Origin: Neoechinorhynchus agilis
Taxonomy: Eukaryota; Animalia; Acanthocephala
Length of the DNA: 64,000 bases
Reading direction: 5' to 3'
Assembly: GCA_051530055.1 (NCBI GenBank)
Contig: CM121342.1
Location: forward strand, 3,843,489-3,907,488
Shown here: piece by piece, positions 1 through 11,078 of the stretch
Layout of the letters: every line of letters begins with the position of its first letter
Numbering within the stretch: position 1 is the stretch's first letter
Program-made: the position numbers and the translations under genes
The notes under the pieces: model-generated
What the model was told of the DNA's origin: nothing
Database searches by the model: none
What the model saw: the letters and a program-made list of their open reading frames with translations, nothing else

Positions 1-3
1 AGA

Positions 4-3000
4 ATGAGGCTACGATTATCGACAATCGATAAAACACTGCTTTGCGTTGATGACCAAGCAGTTAGTCTTCGAAGAACTCGATTTATTTGTTTCTCTTTAA
101 AGTCTGCAGCGGATGCATCGTCCGATAAAGCACTCATTGAACAATGTAGAAATGTTCGCAATGAGATGACAAATGAACTAGCGCTTTTGTCTACTCAAAA
201 GGATCTGAGAGAGATCTCCAAGGATGTTTTTAAAAGCGAGCAGATCAATGATGAACCGATCAATCGAACTCACCGTAATGTATCGCGATATTTGACAGCA
301 ACGGCAATGTCTTCGTTAGTCGGGATAACTTCTTCGATTTTTAATGAGAATTCCGAAGGTAAAAAGTCGGAATCTAAACCAATTCTACTGTCCGCGAGGA
401 CATTGACGTTAAGTCTGAAGCAACCTAGGGATGTTGCTTTTATACCGGCCAATAGAGACCAATCACCGTGTGCCATTTTTTGTGAAAGTGGAACAAATCG
501 ACTAACCTGGCGCTGATCTACCTCGATTCTTTTTATTAATAGCCAATTAATAATCTATTTCTTCGCTACTTTTTGTTCCATCTGTATGTCATTAACCATT
601 TTCGTTTTAGTAAAACTGATATACAATAATAACAAGTTTATTTATTAATTATCTTTGGGTCCTCATGAACACTCGATTTGTAGGAGAGATTCTTAGGTTG
701 TGAGGTGGATCTCTCCTCCTGTTCATTAAATTTGATGTCCAAACAGTTTTTTTTTGTTTCGTTTTGTGGTAGAATTGTTCTCGGTCGTTAGTTCTCCAAA
801 TTCAATTTCACCTCGGTCAATCGCGAGGTCAAATACAGTCTTCAGGTCGGATCCGGTGCTTAGACGAGCATCTTCGTTTGAAGGCCACTGGTTGTAATGG
901 ACAATAACAAAGAAAAGGATCCATGTATCTTTGGGTCCTCATGAACACTCGAATTTGTAGGAGAGATTCTTAGGTTGTGAGGCTGGATCTCTCCTCCTGT
1001 TCACGATAATTTAAATTTTGATGTCCAAACAGTTTTTTTAGCTTTGTTTCGTTTTTTGTGGTAGAATTGTTCTCGGTCCGTTAGTTCTCCAAATTCAATT
1101 TCCTTACCTTCGGTCAATCGCGAGGTCAAAGCTACAGGTCTATCAGGTCGGGGGGATCCGGTGCTGCTTAACAACGACGAGCAAGTCTTCGTTTGAAGGC
1201 CACTGGTTGTAATGGACAATAACAAAGAAAAGGATCCATGTATCTTTGGGTCCTCATGAACACTCGAATTTGTAGGAGAGATTCTTAGGTTGTGAGGCTG
1301 GATCTCTCCTCCTGTTCACGATAATTTAAATTTTGATGTCCAAACAGTTTTTTTAGCTTTGTTTCGTTTTTTGTGGTAGAATTGTTCTCGGTCCGTTAGT
1401 TCTCCAAATTCAATTTCCTTACCTTCGGTCAATCGCGAGGTCAAAGCTACAGGTCTATCAGGTCGGGGGGATCCGGTGCTGTTTAACAACGACGAGCAAG
1501 TCTTCGTTTGAAGGCCACTGGTTGTAATGGACAATAACAAAGAAAAGGATCCATGTATCTTTGGGTCCTCATGAACACTCGAATTTGTAGGAGAGATTCT
1601 TAGGTTGTGAGGCTGGATCTCTCCTCCTGTTCACGATAATTTAAATTTTGATGTCCAAACAGTTTTTTAGCTTTGTTTCGTTTTTTGTGGTAGAATTGTT
1701 CTCGGTCCGTTAGTTCTCCAAATTCAATTTCCTTACCTTCGGTCAATCGCGAGGTCAAAGCTACAGGTCTATCAGGTCGGGGGGATCCGGTGCTGCTTAA
1801 CAACGACGAGCGAGTCTTCGTTTGAAGGCCACTGGTTGTAATGGACAATAACAAAGAAAAGGATCCATGTATCTTTGGGTCCTCATGAGCACTCGAATTT
1901 GTAGGAGAGATTCTTAGGTTGTGAGGCTGGATCTCTCCTCCTGTTCACGATAATTTAAATTTTGATGTCCAAACAGTTTTTTTAGCTTTTTTTGTGGTAG
2001 AATTGTTCTCGGTCCGTTAGTTCTCCAAATTCAATTTCCTTACCTTCGGTCAATCGCGAGGTCAAAGCTACAGATCTATCAGGTCGGGGGGATCCGGTGC
2101 TGTTTAACAACGACGAGCAAGTCTTCGTTTGAAGGCCACTGGTTGTAATGGACAATAACAAAGAAAAGGATCCATGTATCTTTGGGTCCTCATGATGTTT
2201 GTGGAGAGATTCTTAGGTGGAGGTGGATCTCTCCTCCTGTTTAATTTTTTGATGTCCAAACAGTTTTTTGCTTTGTTTCGTTTTTGTGGTAGTTGTTGTT
2301 TTTCAAAATTCAATTTCCTTACCTTCGGTCAATCGCGAGGTCAAAGCTACAGATCTATCAGGTCGGGGGGATCCGGTGCTGTTTAACAACGACGAGCAAG
2401 TCTTCGTTTGAAGGCCACTGGTTGTAATGGACAATGACAAAGAAAAGGATCCATGTATCTTTGGGTCCTCATGAGCACTCGAATTTGTAGGATAATTATT
2501 TCGGTACTTCTTTAAGATTCGTGCGGAGATTTGAAGATTTTTTTCTTTAGTAAGTTGACTATGGTCTGTTATTTGATTTTTGTCGATAAAATGTAGAACA
2601 TGAGCGGCACTTTTATCAATTCAGTGGGCTATAGAGGTCCTTGTTATAACTGAGATAAACCAGCGCTCTAAAGAAATTTGATTTGCGTTCGATGGAGGTT
2701 GTATCAACCACCTACCTTCCAGGCACGCCAATCAGCATCGGAGCTGGAAATGGGTTCGTAGTTGTCGGTTGCAGAATGCAGCCTGGAATCTACATATGCA
2801 ATCCGATCGATCTCGGCATAATCTCCGAACTCAAAGACAATGGCACGAAGCTCATTTCCGGTTTGACGGTCAGTTCAAGCAATTTTGTGTATACTTGCAG
2901 TTCGGCAGGAGATGAAATCGAAAAGTTCCTCGTCACTGATGGATTCCAATGCAAGTCCATTGGCAAAATTAAGGTAGAAAAGGTAAAGATTATCGACTTG

Positions 3001-3453
3001 ACTGTGATTGGCTCAAATCACTCTTCCGAAAATGAAAGATTTGCTATGATAGTAGAGAAAGAGAGTGGGAAGCGGTCAATTCGGATCTACGAAATCGACA
3101 AGGATATGAACTTGAAATTACTAGGCGGACTCGGTCATTCCCAGTTCGGAAAATTAAGTCGAATTAGTGAATATGGAGAGTACCTACTGGTCGCTGATGA
3201 GACAAACAATCGCATTGTTGTTCTTTGCATTGAGGCAAACCGACCGTATTGGATAACTAATTTCCTCGACAAATCAACGATCAAAAGTCCCACCGGGGTA
3301 TCGGGAAACTTTAGAGAAAGTGTGGTTATTGTTGTTAGCTGCCGAGATGGTACACTAACTTCGTTGAGCATTAAACAAACTAATAATGCCTATATACAAA
3401 AGATTCTAATTTCAGATTCATCAGAGGTTGTACTTTTAAAAGTAATTTCGTAA
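4..3453 (+). CDS. NHL-repeat (beta-propeller) protein with an upstream helical/coiled-coil region, TRIM-NHL-like; may be 5'-partial; proposed exons 4-504 and 2671-3453
   Basis: NHL-like motifs LKQPRDVAF..CESGTNRL, LLVADETNNRIVV and IKSPTGVS. Joining 504 to 2671 gives GTNRL|KKFDL, a typical NHL strand. The interval holds a tandem array and lacks a good GT-AG solution. Confidence 0.65.
650..2492. repeat. Tandem array, ~315-bp unit, ~6 copies (first and last copies degraded)
   Basis: GGATCCATGTATCTTTGGGTCCTCATG recurs at ~917, 1232, 1547, 1861, 2168 and 2447. Repeated ORFs in the track come from this array. Confidence 0.95.
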
Positions 3454-4000
3454 AAAGCTCGAGATGTGCCTTTGTGAACCATGTTTTTTATGTCTAAACA
3501 TCCATGAATTTTCTTGGAAATCGCGTTTTGGCATTCTTAAAAATGACTATAATGGCTTATTCAGTTAATCTCGGCTTTTTTACAATATAACCAAGAAGTA
3601 TCCCAAAAAATTTTAACCGAAAAGCATTCTTCATTACTTCAGATGTAAATGAGGCTTAGAATTTTCATCTTTCATATAATCTTTATAACATTGTAACCGC
3701 CGTTTAATCATCAGTCTAGATGTCTTTAAACAATAGAAAAGCGAAACGGGAGTGCCTTTGTTAGCCAAATTTGGAGAAGTTGGTCCTTTAATGGTCATTT
3801 ACCCTTTAGAACAACACAACCGAAGTAAAAGATGATTGCGGCATGAAATGTCCACAGGGAAACCCCTATTTTTTTACTGATCGACCAAATACACATCGTT
3901 GACTGTGGCGAGACCCCAATAAAAGAAGATCCCAACGACTTTGGGTGAGAAAAGTAACGAAATTTATTTCTCAATGAGCGTCTACTCGTTACGATCCTTT

Positions 4001-6740
4001 TCAGACATTAAGATATTCCCACTTGACAACAATCGGCATGTTAGAATTCATGTTTACGTTGATTTCGTGGATCTCTAGAGCACCTCGAACAACCGAGAAT
4101 TTCTTAGAGATTCCATTTACAGTTGGGTTCTTGACATGACTGCTAGTAATGCCCAAGACTGCAATTTCATTAAGGATGAGTGGATCATTGTAAGCGTTTG
4201 ACGGGTGAATAGCGTTCAAACTCAACATTTTGTCGATTGCAACAAAGTTGATCATCACCTGTGGTCCGACCATGCTTTCTCCATCGTCCCAAAACAAGTT
4301 TCCGGTAGCGATTTTGTTTGGATGAATAGCGGCATAGAGCATGAATGTGCTGTTTCGGTTCTCGATGGCATTTTTGCCTTTAGTAATAAGGTGAGTAGGC
4401 ACAACTGATCCTTGTCGAATATACATTGGTACGGAATTTAAGTCGACATCGATGGTTGTCCATCCGACTGTATTTACTGGTTCATAAGTGTTAAGATCAA
4501 ACCAAGTGTTATCGGGGAAATAGATAGGAAGTTGTGTGGCCCGTGAAGTGAGCACCGGTGCAACCATAATTGAAGTACCGATTAAGAATTGAGTGTCCAG
4601 AGTCTCACAAACAAAATCAGTTTCGTACAAGAACATCAAAGGATTGATAATTGGTCTCATTTGAGAGTAGGACTCGTACATTAAAGTGTAGTAAAAAGGG
4701 ATAAGCTTATATCTCCAGTAGAGGGCAACCAACATAGCATCACGAGATGGCGAGCTGAACACAGTCGGGTCTTGTGGGACGACATCGATCGTATTATGGT
4801 TTCTCATAAATGGATAAAACGCCCCTAACTGCATCCATCTGGTACATAGCTCTTCGTTAGTATTCTCAAAAAATCCACATACATCAGCTCCAACAAACGG
4901 TACTCCGAACAAGTTAAAATTGAACATTTCATTGATGGTGTAGTAAAGGTCGGTCCATGTTGACCAGTTGTCTCCAGTCCAGTGTCCTGCATAATGACCA
5001 CTTCCGGCAAATGTCGCTCGAGTTAAAATGAAGTGGCGTCTGTTTGGTGTGATATTATTGATCGCTTCTAAAGTAACCTTGATTTCAATAAAACCATAAA
5101 GATTATGTATGCCAATGGGTACTAAAAAGAAGAAATATACTCAAAATAGTACCCAATGGACCGTAAATTGTATTGAGTGGACAGATATTGTTTAGCCGAA
5201 GGACAAACGGTTTTCTCGTACAACGTTCCGATTAACTGTGGTTTATACCATGGATGATCCAACTCGTTTGTTGTGCATCCGTTCGTTGAACCAGGAACAA
5301 AACTAGCTGGTTCGTTCATATCTATCCAAAATCCATCAAAGGGTGCCGTTTCGTTAAACTTACGAATTTCTTCTCCCCACCATTTAACCGCATTGGGACT
5401 TGTGAAGTCCGGGAAGTAACAATCCTCCGGCCAGACGTATCCGATCAGTAGTTCACCATTAGCATCACGGATAAAAACGTCGTTCTTTAGACCTTCTTCG
5501 AGAGCTGGATACACATATCCTGGTGGCGGGTTCTTTCCAATACATGGATCATTTATGGGCGTATACCTCATGTTGTTCTCATGAAGGAACCTTACAAATT
5601 CTGGGAGACCCGACCATTTTTCATCGTCGTAAGTAAACACGAGTTTGTTTTTCATTGCATCGATGTCAGTCCATTGAACATCGTACGGGAATCCGATAAG
5701 TTTCATCCTTTCGTAAATCTGACGGACTTCATCGATGCTTTGGTAACCATATCGGCAAAGATTAAACCCGAACGCCCAGTAAGGCTGGAAATGGGGCCGT
5801 TGGACAATGTTGTAGTGTTGCCTAACGACATCAAAAGACGTTGGTCCAGCGTATATGAACAGATCGATAACGCCTCCAATAGTGCGGAAAGTGAGTGCTG
5901 GTGCTGGTTGAAGCACTGCATCCATTGCGTTCGAATTGAGCATGAAAATTCCATATTTGTTACCGTCTTTTCCCGCGTACATAGCCACTGGATGTGATCC
6001 GTAAAGATTGAACCCAATCACTGGAGGTTGATCGCGATTCCAGAAAGATAATGTCTGCCACGTTGATGAAAGTTTATAAGAATTTCTGTGCTCGCCAAGT
6101 CCGTATACGCTATGCGATGGCAACAAAGTTGATATTTGCAGGAATTGATCACCGTACATCAAAGGGCCTATCCGAGAATCGAATAAAACTTCTCCCGTTC
6201 GTTTTTGTTTGATCACAAGTGCAAATGGCTCATGAGTAACTTGAACGTCGAACATTGTTCTTGTTGGATGGGTAGAAGTGGCTTCTTGATCGAAAACGTA
6301 AGGAACTTCAAATCGCCTTTTAGATGAATCGAAGATATGTACTCTAACAATGTCCTCACGGACAAATACCACATCGACAGTCAGCCTAAGAATCTCCTTT
6401 GGGACGAAGCTGACATGGTCCTTTGATATCATGTACCTCATTCCATCGGCGATCGAATGAATCGAATCAATCCGATACGGATTAAATCCAGACGGATAAT
6501 AGCACCAAGGTGCCCCGGTGTCTGAACCTGCCAACGGAGCTTTCCAACAGCATTGACGGTTTAGACAAGCGGTTTCGTTTGCATCGGGTTGAGGATGACA
6601 GTCGATTCGAAACGCATCCTGAACAATCAAACACTGCGAAGCATTAGCCCATGCGAAGGTAAGCAAAAACGCAAACGCCAATCTAGTCAAAATGTGAATA
6701 TGAACCAAATGAAACATCTAGAGACTTACCTAAGAAGCAT
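4001..6740 (-). CDS. Secreted/lysosomal GH31 alpha-glucosidase (GAA/maltase-glucoamylase-like) with N-terminal trefoil domain
   Basis: Exon 6740-6730, a GT-AG intron at 6729-6683 and exon 2 give signal peptide MLLRLAFAFLLTFAWANA. Trefoil RIDCHP..CLNRQCCW..PWCYYP, nucleophile motif WIDMNEP, HWTGDN, GADVCGF and YPFMRNHN are present. A 56-nt interruption lies at 5108-5163. Confidence 0.92.
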
Positions 6741-8999
6741 GAGGATGAGCGCAAACTTGGCGGAATAGTTTGCGACAAAGCAAGGGTTGGGTGAGACGAG
6801 CGAATGAAACTTACTTGTATTCACATGCCTTACTGATGAGCAATGCTTACTAATCCTTAGGTGAAAAGCTAGACCAGTTTTTTACCGTGAAAAATTTTTA
6901 GAACCCTTTACAGCTCGAGAAATGATTAAGCAGTGAATCTTTGAGGAAGATTTTGTCGCTCAAGTCGAAAAGGCTACGGCACAAACGGTTTCAATTTACT
7001 TCTAAGAGCCATTTTTATCCAAAAAAGGCCGAAATAATTTGCAGAACAGAAGATTGCAAACTTTAAGTGTCTTAAATGTTTTATAATTTAGACCAGTTAA
7101 CATTACACGAACCGCTTCCACGAATGGAAAATATGCTGAAGAAAAATCGAACAACCATTTTGTCTGAAATGTTTAATTAGTTATTACTTTTAATGCCTTG
7201 ATTTGTACATCGCACAAATAAAACGTGACAAATGTGAATTTACGATTGTAAAAATAAGATGAACAAAGCTAATAAAAGTACATGAACATTTTTTCTATTT
7301 TAAAAATTCTGGGATGTACAGAAGTTCATAATATCAAATGAAAATAAACGGAATTCACTTTTTTATTATTTATGGGTGGTTTTCATTTTCCATTTAAGAA
7401 CGCAAAATAACTCAAACCCCGATTTTCGTCATTAATAATTTTAGGGGAAATATAGCTTTTTTAAAAATTTTGTCTTCTAAACTGAATAACACCAACTGAA
7501 TTTATTATTCTTGGTAGTCAGAATTTGTTGCTTGACCTTTTCTTTTTAGCATTAATAATACTTGATTTTAGATCTCGATGTTCGTACATTGGGTTTGAAA
7601 CTTCGAATCCGTTTCCAAAGAATTCCTAAACATTACTACCATGATGCATTGTTCATAAGACCGAACGCACAGATTTAGTTCGAGAGGTTCGTGGTTGGTA
7701 AAGTGTCGACTCAGAAAAATATGCAACCTTTTCACCAGCTCTATTTTTTAAAGATTTTCATAATCGATTAAAAGATTCAGATACCACTTACTTGCCGTCC
7801 GGATGATGCTGAAATGATGTACTGTCCACAATATCTGAATAACCCGACCATCTTCGACGACTAAATATCAATAGCAAAAAAAGGAAATCAAACAGTTCAT
7901 TTCCCGAATTCATAATTTCATTTGATGTCCGAATTTCACGTGAAAAAGAATATTTATTGGAATTCATCACATTTCTTCGAGGCAAGCTTGACATGGCTGT
8001 GTTGCAATTAACTTTTAAAGAAGTTTTGATTTATGCGGGAGGAAGATTGAATTAGAAGTCAGATTTTACTGGGTTTTTTTATGATTAGACCACATTACTG
8101 ACCGATTTCGCTGAATCAACAAAATGAAAGATAAGAGAGTTAGAATCATCGCAGATATACCGACAAGTATTCCAGCTATACTGATTTTTAGTCAAGTTGT
8201 GAACATATAACAGCAACAAACCGAGTAGTATGGACGAATTTCGAATTGATCGTAAATTGCGACCGGTAATAGCGTTAGAGGACGCGTTCTTTTTCGTGAG
8301 CGGATGAATAAGCGATATTTTTGACAAAAACGAAGCTAAAATAATTGTTATAGATTCACAAATACAGAAAAATAAAGACCGTCAGCATCGCTTAGAAAAC
8401 CGAGCAAGTTGACTTCTTCGTTATATTTAGAAGTTTCTAAAATAATCATTAAACCGATTTCCAAATAAGTTCTGACCTACCTCTCGTGTATCTCTTGAGA
8501 TTTATGAAAGTGAACGTGGACGAAATATTAATCAGTACGACGATTAATGATATTGTCATTGAGAAATCCATATTTTTTTTGATAATTTGACGGAGTGTAT
8601 GTATTAAAAATAGATTTTCCAAGCGTTTATGGTGCTAAATGAAATGAGTATGTGGATCGTGTGAAAAACATGAAGCACACAGAGACTTCGTGTCGCGAGG
8701 TGTTTAATGCACTTGCCTTCATTTTCTCAACTGAGACTTGTGGCTGATTTATTGTCTCTAAGAAGTTAAAAGCCCTGAATGGATCGTATAGCGTAAGAGG
8801 GGGAAAAGGCAAAAGTATAGTGTGGAACAACTTTTATCGGTTAAAATATAAAAGAAAAAACGGAACTGCGCCGTTTCGTTATGCTAATCAATACATTCCT
8901 TCTGAGATCTCGTTGAATTTTAAATGCTACATTTACGGTGCGCTTCGAGCAGATTGAAGCGTGTTTTCTTTAAAGTGTCTATGAATCAAAAAAAACCCA

Positions 9000-9155
9000 G
9001 CGGGGGAAATTAAAATTTTAATATAAGTATATTAAAAGTTGTAGATTTTTTTAAGTTAGTTAAAATTTTAAAAAATTGCGGGGGAAATAAAATTTTTTAA
9101 TATAAATACATTAAAAGTTGAAATTTTTTTAAGATAGTTAAAATTTTAAAAAATT
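9000..9155. repeat. Two-copy ~78-bp AT-rich tandem duplication
   Basis: CGGGGGAAAT(T/A)AAATTTT..ATTAAAAGTTG..AGTTAAAATTTTAAAAAATT occurs twice. Confidence 0.8.
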
Positions 9156-9204
9156 AACCAAATCTTTTGATTCAGTTATTGGTTGTTTTCTGGCGTAGAA
9201 ATAA

Positions 9205-10810
9205 CTAAACATTTCTAGCGGAATCTCCAGCGATTTCGAGATAGTAGGGAATGTTGCTTACTGCGAGGGACGTGGCGTCCCAGAGAAGGCATTTGCCCTC
9301 CCGCCACGGGAAGACCGAAATTCCATCGGGCCTACGGCCGTCTAGTCTACAGAGGTGGGCGGGTTCCAGGATGTTCGGGAAGTTCGCCGTTCTCAACGCC
9401 CGAGAAATTGCGTTATTGATTTCAGAATGGCGTGAGAACCTTCCTCCTGACCTTCTGCAGACGAGACCGTGTCGTCCGAAAGCATCAACCAAAGACCCAC
9501 ATCGATAGCGATGGGGCGTGCATATCGGGCGACCAAGTCTTAAGGATACTGCGATCCTCGTTACCTCATCAGTAAGAAGAGTTCCCACTGATGCCAGAGG
9601 AACAGCCCCCAACCACGTTCCAGATTCTCGCGTTGAAACTGCCAGCAGTCTAGCTCGGACGACCCAATCGCGAGAACCGGAAAGTAGAGAGCTGTGAGCT
9701 CTCGAGACAAGAGGTCCGTCCCAGATCGACTGTCTGAGGCCATTCACGGGAACATGGTTAGCGCCGGTCTGCTGGCACCATTCCTCAACCGCCACCACAA
9801 AATCCCGGTCAAGACAGAACTTTTCCTTCAAAATGTTCTTCGAGACTGGTAGGCTCCCCTCAAACGATCCAAGAAAGACCGGCAAAGCAAGGTCCACAAA
9901 TGCCCGAATTCCCAATCCCCCAGATGACACAGGCAAAGAAGCTTGTCGCCACGCCTCATCTGAGAGCTGGACATTTAAAATACGCTCGAGGCATGCCCTC
10001 ACCTTATCGTCCAGCTTTGCCAATCCTTTTTTGTGTTTGAAAACTGTTACTGTGCGAACCTTGTACAATAATTTGGGGATGAAGAGCGCGTTCTTTATGA
10101 GAAACAAGGCTTCATGAGCCAAGAGAGCGCTCACCCTATCGCACAGCAACGAAAGTTTCGGTATGATATGGCCGATCTCATCTTCCACATTTGAATCGAA
10201 GACGCAACTGCCCAGGAGGCTGAGTTGTTCCCGAGTCACGAATTTCAGACCTGGAGCTACGGCCCTTCGAGGTCTCCCTAATCAGCGTCTCCAAATCGCG
10301 CAGTACAACGGAGGGATCACCTCCGAGCGTAGCGTCATCCAAGTACCAAGCGTTGAAGCTGGAATGGAGAGAATGCGCTATTGGATTTACTGTTAGGGAG
10401 AATGCGATTGGACCGAGGGAATCTCCTTGTTGCACTCCTCTTTCGGACCAAATGAGGTGGTCTTCGAAAAGCAAAGGAGTCGCCGTCCCGTAGGCATTGA
10501 GAAAATACTGGAAGGCTTCTGGGGCATGATCCCTAATTGCGCGGAACATGCTTTCTCTATTAAGAGAGTTAAAGGCGTTCCGAAAATCACACTAAAGAAT
10601 CACGCACGGCTCTGAACTCTTCGTTTTAAAGTTTCGGAGCGAGTGGACAATAGCTTCCGCCCCGCAGGATGTGCAGCAGCCCAGTTGGACTGGACGAAGT
10701 TGTTGTCCGGTTTTCTCTGTAATACGTTTGCAGAGAATTTTTCCTGCAAGTCGGCGTATCGACGAAGATACGGTGATGGGACGGATCCCACCGTAAAAAA
10801 TTACAAGCAA
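9205..10810 (-). mobile_element. Decayed non-LTR retrotransposon with RT and restriction-like endonuclease, CRE-clade-like; frameshifted and truncated
   Basis: RT motifs RPITVSSSIRRL, PVQLG, GVQQGDSLGP and WYLDD are spread over three frames. The C-terminus has C-x-C..GRHGLVC..RHSEIN, EP and RPDG..PWREGKCLLWD, typical of RLE elements. Confidence 0.85.
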
Positions 10811-11078
10811 CCTTGATCAAAAGGCGTACAAGATTGTGCTGAAATATCGGCAGTTTTAAAAATAAAATCATTTTAATTTCTACGCCAGAAAGCAACCTAT
10901 ATGAATAATTCAATCTTCAAACACAGATTTAGTTATTGCGGAAAAATTATATAGCATACTCCGTGCTTAAAGAAACTTTAATATGTTCTAGAACGTTTAC
11001 AATAAAACCAAATTGTTTCATCAAGTAAAAGGAATATTTTAGGAAAACAAAAGAAGGAAATTAGGTCACTGAGCCGAT

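Noticed and set aside
270-476. Minus-strand ORF as a formin-like exon
   Set aside because: The resemblance was superficial. The plus strand is open for 170 codons and joins the NHL exon.
7600-8330. Small spliced gene(s) between the glucosidase and the retroelement
   Set aside because: Splice-like signals exist on both strands, but no consistent frame or recognisable motif could be built.
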